Source: Octopus sinensis (lineage: Eukaryota). From it: DNA of 8,863 bases. The stretch is from assembly GCF_006345805.1 (NCBI RefSeq), contig NW_021828352.1, forward strand, positions 1-8,863, in the 5' to 3' direction. The position numbers and the translations under genes were made by a program. Below, piece by piece: positions 1 to 7,667 of the stretch. The notes under the pieces were generated by a model, which was not told the DNA's origin, did no database searches, and saw nothing but the letters and a program-made list of their open reading frames with translations. Each line of letters opens with the position of its first letter. Position 1 is the stretch's first letter.

Positions 1-307
1 GTATACTACACAAGCATCTGTTGATGAATGATTGTATTTGCTTATTTGACTTAACTGTTGTTCGCCATGTCTCAGCCCCATACAATGACACCGCTTTTAC
101 GTTAGTGTTAACGAGATTTAAATCCATAAAAGTTAAAAAGACAAGCACGGGTTTGTAATTGTTTCTGATCATGGAAAACAATGTTGGCAACTCCAAATTA
201 GATATAGAATATATTAGACTAGTTCAAAGAAGCTGCCGAAGATCAGACAAATTCCTTCACCATTGCATATGTTGATCAAATGAAAATTTAAAAACTTTAC
301 TTCCTTT

Positions 308-570
308 GTCACACTGAAATTAATTTTCATTAACATAACAAAATCTTTTCATATGAGGTTACGAATCCAGTTAATTAAGAAATGGAGCACGTCGAAATAA
401 CGGGATCTGGCTGTTCCAGCACCCGTAGCAGATGATTCTCGTCCGCCGGCAATATAAATGTGTGCGCTTGTATACATCATATAAATGTGTACGCTTTTAT
501 ACATCATCTAAATAACGCAGATTTCGGTGTTCTAATTATACACTCACGTTAAGCTGGATATAAAGCTTGC
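308..570. repeat. Copy A of a diverged ~325-bp-period tandem duplication
   Basis: Aligns by eye to 639-891 at offsets of 321-332 nt. CTGAAATT lies at 314 vs 643, GGAGC at 384 vs 716, the 35-nt core at 426-460 vs 750-784 (31/35 identical), and a gapless 62-nt block at 509-570 vs 830-891 (47/62 identical). The left boundary is approximate. Confidence 0.85.
452..505. repeat. 27-bp tandem repeat, 2 units, inside copy A
   Basis: ATATAAATGTGTGCGCTTGTATACATC (452-478) followed by ATATAAATGTGTACGCTTTTATACATC (479-505), 2 mismatches. Confidence 0.95.
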
Positions 571-638
571 TTGCTTCTTTTGCTAATAAATGTTTTCTAA
601 TAAGCCTGATGGTTAATTGCGAGATTAGTGCTGTAATA

Positions 639-891
639 GTCGCTGAAATTCCATATATCGCTGACAGTTAGATTTGACTGGTATGCAGCTACAAGAACTC
701 TGTCACTGAAGAGACGGAGCGTGTGGAAATTAAGTGATCTGGTAGATCTTAGCAGAGGATTCCCGTCCACCGGCGATATAAATGCTTACTTTTATGCACC
801 ATACTTCTATATGAGAGATTCTCCCAAGGTAAATAATGCAGTATTCGCTGTCTCAACAATACATCCACATTAAGTTGGATAGAAAGATTGC
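639..891. repeat. Copy B of the diverged ~325-bp-period tandem duplication
   Basis: See copy A. It has the same blocks in the same order. It lacks the 27-bp duplication and has different sequence at 790-829. Confidence 0.85.
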
Positions 892-1048
892 CAATTAAGT
901 ACCTCTGTTTGGATCAGTACACATATATATTTAAAAAAAAAACTACTATAGTATTATTTTGACAACGAAGCTACAATGAGTGTTTATTAAAAGAAATCTC
1001 GTTTGAATGTATATATGCACGTATGTGTGTTTGTGGTCGTGTGCACTT

Positions 1049-1054
1049 GAGAGT

Positions 1055-1116
<62 letters not shown>
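1049..1116 (+). repeat. (GA)n microsatellite
   Basis: Directly visible GA dinucleotide run with few interruptions. Confidence 0.98.
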
Positions 1117-1261
1117 TATCAACTTTAGAAAGACAGTGGAATTTCGCAAATCATTATCCCATATTTTTCACTACTGATTTTCAGATAATAATGGGAAAAC
1201 GGATTAACAGTTTTATAAATGTAAATACATGTCCTTACATGAGTAAAGGTATTTACATTGT

Positions 1262-1366
1262 GTGTGTAGTGTGTGTATGTGTGTATGTACGTGCATGTAC
1301 GTATGTATGTATGTGTATATATATATGTATGGTATGTATGTATGTATGTATATATGTATATATATA

Positions 1367-1438
<72 letters not shown>

Positions 1439-1624
1439 ATATATATATACATACATATACATAGAGAAGAGAGGTACAGATACATATATATGTATATTTG
1501 TATGTGTGTGTATCTGTGTTGTGTAGTTGTGTGCGCGTGTATCTGTATTTGTGTATTTGTGTGTGTGTGCGTGTGTGTTGTGTGTGCGTGTGCGTGTGTG
1601 TGTGTGCGTGTGTGTGTGTGTGTA
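1262..1624 (+). repeat. Compound microsatellite (TG)/(TATG)n-(TA)n-(TG/CG)n
   Basis: TATG units at about 1300-1350, a TA run at about 1351-1449, and an alternating TG/CG tract at about 1499-1624. Confidence 0.95.
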
Positions 1625-1630
1625 TTATAT

Positions 1631-1793
1631 AAAGAGAAAGAGAGACAGACAGACACACAAACAGATCGATCGATCGACCGATAGATAGATACATAGAAAG
1701 AGGGAGTGTAATAGAGAGAGGGAGAGAGAGTGTAATAGAGAAAGGAAGAGATAGAGTGAAAGAGAGAGGGAGAGAGAGTGTAATAGAGAGAGG

Positions 1794-1855
<62 letters not shown>
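1631..1855 (+). repeat. Purine-rich (GA)n tract containing a ~24-bp minisatellite
   Basis: GAGTGTAATAGAG occurs at 1704, 1728 and 1776, with a degenerate GAGTGAAAGAG unit at 1754. A nearly pure (GA)n run extends to 1855. Confidence 0.9.
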
Positions 1856-1858
<3 letters not shown>

Positions 1859-1987
1859 CACACATACATGAATTTAACATAGAGAAATTTCTCATTGAAA
1901 TTAAATTCCTTTTAGCGTACCACCTCATGTTAAGTATATTTCCGGCAATAATTTGGGGAATCATTATATATAAACAAGAAATATTTG

Positions 1988-2000
1988 ATTGTTATTATTA

Positions 2001-2079
<79 letters not shown>

Positions 2080-2110
2080 TATTATTATTATCATTTATTA
2101 TTATTATCAT

Positions 2111-2143
<33 letters not shown>

Positions 2144-2150
2144 ATTATTA

Positions 2151-2239
<89 letters not shown>

Positions 2240-2243
2240 ATTA

Positions 2244-2298
<55 letters not shown>
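1988..2298 (+). repeat. Long interrupted (ATT)n trinucleotide microsatellite (~310 bp)
   Basis: Directly visible. It explains the poly-I, poly-L and poly-Y ORFs. Confidence 0.99.
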
Positions 2299-2307
2299 TC
2301 ATGATCA

Positions 2308-2396
2308 TTTAAAGAGACTTGGAATTGTCTGCAACGTAAAAGAATGGTGAAAGAGTGCAGCCATACGCCTTATTAATAAAATCTCGAATCTTCCTC
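2308..2396 (+). mobile_element. Possible very old fragment of the C-terminal end of an RLE-type (R4/Dong-like) non-LTR retrotransposon
   Basis: 2349-2396 translates as ERVQPYALLIKSRIFL, which fits a remembered E-x-[IV]-Q-x-x-A-L-L-x3-R-I C-terminal pattern of such elements. It is preceded by HLKRLGI in another frame. The match is short, degenerate and from memory only. Confidence 0.2.
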
Positions 2397-2777
2397 TATA
2401 TGACTCTTGAACCGTCGTTGACAACTCTAATGAACCAAGCGAAAACAAGATGTGAAACAAAAGTATATTTTAACGAAGAAGACGAGGAAAAGAATGAAGC
2501 ATTGATAAATTTATTCCAGTCTTTGATTGAGATTAAAGTCATAAGTTATAAGTATTTCCGCTTGTATTTACTTCCAATTATTGAAATTATTCAAGCACAA
2601 TAACCCAAATATTCATTTCATTAGTTTCATTAAATATTTCTACTGTTCACTGCAAGTCTTGAATAAGGCTATTGATGAGCAAAGCAGACTGGTTAGAAAT
2701 CTTATTAAATTCCATGACAATCTCGGAAATAAATCATTATGGACTTGTGTATGAGTGAATTTACAGACGAAAGTAGA

Positions 2778-2935
2778 GGCAGAGGCATAGTTGTGTTGTT
2801 CGGAGTAAGAAGTTCGCTTTGCATACATTAATGTATATAAGCGGATCCCTGTGCGTGGCAAGGGGCAACTATTTATTGCTTTAGCCTTCAGCTGACCAAT
2901 GCAGTGTGAGCGTAATTCGAGAGGGCCTTGCCGTG
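2778..2935 (+). mobile_element. Highly diverged 5' head of the tRNA-type octopus-like SINE
   Basis: GGCAGAGGCATAGTTGTG...GTAAGAAGTTCGCTT...TCCCTGTGCGTGGCA...GGGCAACT...TAGCCT..GCTGACCAATGC..TGTGAG is collinear with the better-preserved copies at 6258-6410 and 6695-6853. Like the 6258 copy, it is followed by (TA)n. Confidence 0.65.
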
Positions 2936-2963
2936 TATATATATATATATATATATATATTAT
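2936..2963 (+). repeat. (TA)n microsatellite
   Basis: Directly visible, immediately after the SINE head. Confidence 0.95.
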
Positions 2964-2964
2964 A

Positions 2965-3498
2965 AGTAGAAAAATACAAACTGGGACAAGAACATAAAAC
3001 ATTTAGAAGACGATGCAAAAAAACACGGACGGGACATTCGAAGGCTTCAATCTTCAGTCAAGAACCGGATCATCCTACCAATTTCGGCTGATTAATCTTG
3101 AGGTCGCTCCGATCCGGCCAGCCCCAAGGAAAAACTAAGCTACGAGCATTAGATTTCTTGGAAGAAGGATCGAATGTATACGAAACAGGGACAGAAAAAC
3201 GGACGATGCCACATGAATATAAAATACAAAAAACAATAATGGTAAAAACGGGACAAAAACAACGGGTGTCTTACGACTAATAAACAGTACAAGTTTAGCT
3301 GGCGTATTTGGAAATAATGCCTTTATCGGCAGACGAAGACAACGATGTTCTCACGACAGTGGTCGGAGGCCAAAAGGCTGATTTTGACCAGCGGTCACGT
3401 GATGGAGAGAGAGAAAAGAAAGGCTCGAAACGTAAAAGACTTTTTCTATTCCTGAGCGTTATACTAATACATCTATCTTCGTCTTTTGTTTTTTTCGT
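2965..3498. mobile_element. Unclassified CpG-rich interspersed repeat bounded by (TA)n on both sides
   Basis: About 530 bp of complex, visibly CpG-rich sequence with sharp (TA)n boundaries, and T-rich tails reading outward at both ends. It resembles a repeat I recall from octopus genomes. There is no credible ORF, and the class is not determinable here. Confidence 0.5.
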
Positions 3499-3582
3499 AT
3501 ATATATATATATATATACATACACATACATACATACATACATACATACATACATACATACATACATACACATACATACATAC
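3499..3582 (+). repeat. (TA)n(TACA)n microsatellite
   Basis: Directly visible. Confidence 0.97.
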
Positions 3583-3644
3583 CCACTCAAACAGATTTAT
3601 CAATATAAAAACACTCACAAACACACATGTACGAAGCTCGAAAT

Positions 3645-3657
3645 CTATATCTGTCTG

Positions 3658-3742
<85 letters not shown>

Positions 3743-3796
3743 GTCTGTCTGTCTGTCTGTCTGCCTATCTATCTGTCTGTCTGTCTGTCTTTCTCT
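3645..3796 (+). repeat. (CTAT)n(CTGT)n microsatellite, left arm of a fold-back
   Basis: About 20 CTAT units to 3740, then CTGT units to about 3790. Confidence 0.97.
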
Positions 3797-3848
3797 GACC
3801 CTCTCCTTCCCCCTGTATGTATGTATGTATATATATATTTATATATAC

Positions 3849-3866
3849 AGAGAGAGAGAGAAAGAT

Positions 3867-3913
<47 letters not shown>

Positions 3914-3934
3914 TAGATAGATAGATAGATAGAC

Positions 3935-3989
<55 letters not shown>

Positions 3990-3990
3990 G

Positions 3991-4035
<45 letters not shown>
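3849..4035 (+). repeat. (AG)n(ACAG)n(ATAG)n microsatellite, right arm of a fold-back
   Basis: AG at 3849-3884, ACAG at 3885-3912 and ATAG at 3913-4034. This is the reverse-complement order of the 3645-3796 tract. Confidence 0.97.
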
Positions 4036-4261
4036 TGGTGCTTGTCTACTCCTTACTGACCACGTCTTCTAATTACACATTAGTTCTATCATGGCATTTT
4101 ATGTGGCTTTTTAAACCAGAAAATGTTTTGAAAAGACACCCACATATATTACATATCTCCTTTGAACCACCAAGAGCTGCAGAACCCTAAGTTCTGATCT
4201 TTGTGGATCTTAAAATGTCCTTTGTGGCTTACTTTAGATTTGCAGACCTTACGACATACAT

Positions 4262-4311
4262 GTATATATATATATATTATATATATATATATATAATATA
4301 TATATATTATA
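4262..4311 (+). repeat. Interrupted (TA)n microsatellite
   Basis: Directly visible, adjacent to the end of the Tc1 remnant. Confidence 0.95.
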
Positions 4312-4321
4312 CATAGACACA

Positions 4322-5075
4322 CAGACATGCAAGAAGTAAATATACACTTTTAATTTTAAATTTTTATTTAATGCACAAAGCGAACAATTGAATTGTAATC
4401 GATGTATGTAGGACTATATACTTTAGTATTTAGTTGACATTCCCTTTGTAGTTTTTAATTCAGAAACTCTTGTTGGCATTGAACTGATGAGCTTTGTGAT
4501 TGTCTCTTGTGGAATTTCTGCCCAGTTTTCACGCAATACTCGAAACAATTCATCTTTTAGATTTAGGTTTCTGCCGATTTTTTCGTATAGCTCTATCTAG
4601 TATGTTACAAAGATTTTCAATTGGGTGCATGTCAGAAGATTGGCTTGGCCAAGGAAGAATCTGATCCCATTTTCAGTCAGCCATTGTTGATTCCTTTTCG
4701 CTGTGTGACATGGAGCCCCATCTTCCATGAATAAAAATTCACTTTTCGTTATGTTATCGTGTGAATACATCGTAAATAGTTCATGCTTAACTATTTCAAT
4801 GTATTTTTCAGAGTTTATGGTTCCAACCCATTCAATCAGCTCAGAACGACCATTGCCGGTGACAGCTCCCCATACCATTACAGAGATACCGCCATGTTTT
4901 ACAGTTGGTTGGAGTCGTTTCAAATCAAATTCTTGATTGGGAAGCCTCCAGATCCAAACACGACCACTGTCTGAAAATAATGCAAATTTGGATTCATCTG
5001 AGAGAATCACTCTATCCCAAACGAACAGGATTTTTCTAACATCTCCTTAGCCCATTTCTTTCTTTTCCTGACATT

Positions 5076-5080
<5 letters not shown>
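4322..5080 (-). mobile_element. 5'-truncated Tc1/mariner DNA transposon remnant (Tc1, DD34E family)
   Basis: Contains the transposase fossil at 4423-5078 and a minus-strand AATAAA at 4363-4368. There is a putative terminal inverted repeat end, CAGACATGCAAGAAGTAAATATACAC, from 4322, although the flank is CA rather than the expected TA. No partner TIR was found in the window. Confidence 0.88.
4423..5078 (-). pseudogene. Tc1-like transposase pseudogene: catalytic DDE domain and C-terminus; N-terminal HTH DNA-binding region missing
   Basis: With 1-nt indels corrected at about 5020, 4659 and 4556 it reads INVRKRKKWAKEMLEKSCS/FWDRVILSDESKF...TVKHGGISVMVWGA...FMEDGAPCHT...IR/xLPWPSQSSDMHPIENL...KPKSK/DELFRVLRENWAEIP...SMPTRV...KGMSTKY*. 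The catalytic codons are D 4996-4998, D 4720-4722 and E 4616-4618. The 101 nt between the second D and E equals 34 codons minus one base, giving DD34E. Confidence 0.95.

Positions 5081-5115
<35 letters not shown>
5079..5115 (+). repeat. (CT)n microsatellite at the truncation point of the transposase
   Basis: Directly visible. Transposase homology stops at its edge. Confidence 0.97.
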
Positions 5116-5118
<3 letters not shown>

Positions 5119-5536
5119 TATGTATATATTTATATATGTGTGTGTGCACATACAAGCATGCAACAGCCGTACATATATTTGCCTATCTACCTAACTCTCT
5201 TTTCATCCCTCTATGCACACACACCCACACACACACATGCGCGCGCATGCACATGTGTATGTATGTACGATTACATTATGGCGTAAAGTTTTCTGATACA
5301 TTCCATAAAATATAACTTGGATAAACTATGTATTTGAAAGATAACTAATGGCGAGAACGATATGATCTAATAAATAATGTGGGGGCCCATCAATGACTGC
5401 AATCCAATGACTGGAACTAGGTAACGAGAAAAAAAATTATATAAATAAAATAAAGAAGCAAACATCTTAATTCTACTTCTCGCATCTTTTACTATTGTTG
5501 AATTTTAATGAGTTGTAGAGATATTTTCCCTGTTTT

Positions 5537-5554
5537 GTAAACTTAACAATATAG

Positions 5555-5588
<34 letters not shown>

Positions 5589-5601
5589 ATATATATATAT
5601 A
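5537..5601 (+). repeat. (TA)n microsatellite
   Basis: Directly visible. Confidence 0.97.
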
Positions 5602-5786
5602 CTACCACACAGTTCTGTTTTTTCCCTTTTTTACGTATATCATAATAGCTGATTTTCGTTATTTTCCAGTAATCTTTTCTTAAATTAACGATAAGCGAGA
5701 AAAACGGGTTAACATACAAATATTGTAGTGAGAAATTTCAAGTGGCTTGCAAACCGCAAATCAGTTAATCTGTAATTCTTACTCAC

Positions 5787-5888
5787 CTTTTGCGCATTAG
5801 AGTGTGGTCATAGCATGAGCACCATCTTCACGTATATTAATCGATTATGTTAATCTCAATGAATTGGATATACAATCTCTATCGAATT
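5787..5888 (-). other. Candidate 102-nt non-coding or 5'-UTR exon on the minus strand
   Basis: Acceptor CCCCTTGTTTTTCACCGTGCGTTTGCCTCTAG| and consensus donor AAG|GTGAGT. All three frames contain stops. An ATG CGC AAA AG lies just before the donor. Confidence 0.25.
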
Positions 5889-5963
5889 CTAGAGGCAAAC
5901 GCACGGTGAAAAACAAGGGGTTTCTTGTCCTCTGTTCAAATTGATTCAGATATACCTCCACGT

Positions 5964-5964
5964 T

Positions 5965-5998
<34 letters not shown>

Positions 5999-6170
5999 AT
6001 ATATATATATATAATATATATATATATATCTATATCTATATCTTTATATCTATTATTATATATACATATATATATCTGTATCTTTATATCATATAACTTA
6101 TATATAATTATATATATATCTATATATATATCATCTATATATATATATCTATATCTATATATATATATAG

Positions 6171-6204
<34 letters not shown>
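5964..6204 (+). repeat. Long interrupted (TA)n/(TATC) tract (~240 bp)
   Basis: Directly visible. Confidence 0.97.
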
Positions 6205-6257
6205 CAAACACCGGACCCAACGTACACACACACGCACCACACACACATTGTATATAC

Positions 6258-6407
6258 GCTGTGTGTAAGTAGCTTGCTTGCCAACCACATGGTTTCCGGG
6301 TTCAGTCCCACTGCGTGGCATATTAGGTATGTATCTTCTTTATAAACCACAGGCCGACCAAAAATTGTGATTGGATTTGGTAAACGGAAACTGAAAGAAG
6401 CACGTCG

Positions 6408-6486
<79 letters not shown>

Positions 6487-6694
6487 TTGTGCTTCTGTAT
6501 TTGTCCCCCAATATCACTTGACAACCAATGTTGGTATGTTTAGGTCCTCGTAACTTAGCGGTTCGGCAAAAGAGACCGATAGAATAAGTACTGGACTTAC
6601 AAAGAATAAGTCTTAGGGGTCGATTTGCTCGACTAAAGGCGATGTCCCAGCATCGCCGCAGTCAAATGGATGAAAGAAGTTAAATAATAAAAGA
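6258..6694 (+). mobile_element. Near full-length tRNA-type SINE (octopus-like): head, internal (TA)n(TG)n, and 3' body
   Basis: The head at 6258-6410 has a B-box-like GGTTCAGTCCC. An internal microsatellite spans about 6410-6486. The body ...GTAACTTAGCGGTTCGGCAAAAGAGACCGATAGAATAAGTACT...GGGGTCGATTTGCTCGACTAAAGGCG...GCAGTCAAATG ends in an A-rich AAATAATAAAAGA. The head is shared with two other copies in the window, and the family is recalled from octopus genomes. Confidence 0.85.
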
Positions 6695-6853
6695 ATATGA
6701 CGGGCTTCTTTCAGTTTCCGTCTACCAATTCCACTTGCAAGACTTTGGTCGGCCCCAGGCTATAGTAGAAGTCACTTGTCCAAGGTGCCACGCAGTGGGA
6801 CTGAACACAGAACTTTGTGGTTACCAACCAAGTCTCTTACTACACAGTCACGC
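6695..6853 (-). mobile_element. SINE head only, same family, reverse orientation, abutting the 3' end of the previous copy
   Basis: The reverse complement reads GCGTGACTGTGTAGTAAG (A-box-like)...GTTCAGTCCCACTGCGTGGCA...GGCCGACCAAA...ACGGAAACTGAAAGAAGC. It has exact 21-nt and 18-nt blocks shared with 6300-6320 and 6384-6401. Confidence 0.9.
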
Positions 6854-6900
6854 ACACACACACACACACACACATACAGACACATATAAATACACACATA
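6853..6900 (+). repeat. (CA)n microsatellite
   Basis: Directly visible. Confidence 0.9.
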
Positions 6901-7061
6901 CAAATTCAAAAACACACATAAGTGTACAAATATATTGTATGTATAAAGGGAGAGATAAAGAGACGAGGGAAGAGAGAAAGAAACATGGAGATATATAGAT
7001 AGTTTTATACAAGTGGAAATATAAATTTATCTATCTATTTATCTATTAATGTATCCGTTTG

Positions 7062-7173
<112 letters not shown>

Positions 7174-7667
7174 CATACATATTTCATTGCGTTCTGCATA
7201 TTCTACGCGTATCATATAGGCTGGTTTTTATGACTTTTTGCCTTAGTTGCTAATTCGGTTATACTTGCTGAAATTTTCGCTCTTGTTGTTTTCGCGTTAG
7301 CAAGATCAGCGTTCATTTATTGAGCACATGTACAGCAGATACGTAACGGAAACCAACCATTATTCATTGTAGGGGAGCTTATTATTAACATGTTTCAAAT
7401 TACAGCGCAATTTATTAAACAGAACTGCGGACAGCTACAATACTGAAACAGCCCTGTGTTAAAATACGGACTTCCTCGATAATTTGTATGAAGTCAATAG
7501 TTCCTTTCATAATGTATCTCTTATTTATTGTACATGACCTCCCACCTTGTAATTATTTAGAATATATACACAAATTTATGTATTTTCCATTTGGCACTTG
7601 GACAATATTTTAGGTGAGGCTTTATAATGGTTTGAATGAATATATTACTGTATTATTATGAATTCTG

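Noticed and set aside
427-459. IYIAGG resembles the GG motif of a Kelch repeat
   Set aside because: The downstream Y...W Kelch residues and spacing are absent, and the frame is closed by nearby stops in both copies.
790-904. Open 115-nt minus-strand segment RYLIGNLSIQLNVDVLLRQRILHYLPWENLSYRSMVHK between CAG| and A|GTAAGC
   Set aside because: There is no polypyrimidine tract next to the acceptor, the peptide is unrecognisable, and the paralogous frame in copy A has stops.
1870-1908. Nested inverted repeat GAATTTAA...GAGAAATTTCTC...TTAAATTC
   Set aside because: Short and AT-rich, expected by chance, and too small and asymmetric for a pre-miRNA.
946-2350. ORFs of 63-218 aa (RERE, YIYI, SLSL, HTHT, poly-I/L/Y)
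   Set aside because: They are translations of stop-free microsatellites and have no coding signal.
2355-3002. ORFs 2355-2603 (+) and 2640-3002 (-)
   Set aside because: No recognisable domain. The first starts at GTG, and the second runs through (TA)n and an antisense SINE.
3098-3920. ORFs 3098-3280, 3295-3624, 3308-3868 and 3627-3920
   Set aside because: They start at non-ATG codons or within repeats and run through an interspersed repeat and microsatellites. No protein family is recognisable.
4727-4974. Plus-strand ORFs of 63-69 aa
   Set aside because: Antisense shadows of the Tc1 transposase fossil.
6258-6330. tRNA-like A/B boxes as a possible tRNA gene
   Set aside because: No complete cloverleaf, and the sequence continues into a SINE body present in several diverged copies.
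5845-6998. ORFs 5845-6321, 6135-6524, 6323-6517 and 6735-6998
   Set aside because: Composed of SINE sequence plus TA/CA microsatellite translations.
7605-7619. Plus-strand TTTTAG|GTGAGG juxtaposed acceptor/donor
   Set aside because: The pyrimidine tract is weak and no open exon follows. Its presence shows that such motifs also arise by chance, which tempers the 7798-7825 candidate.
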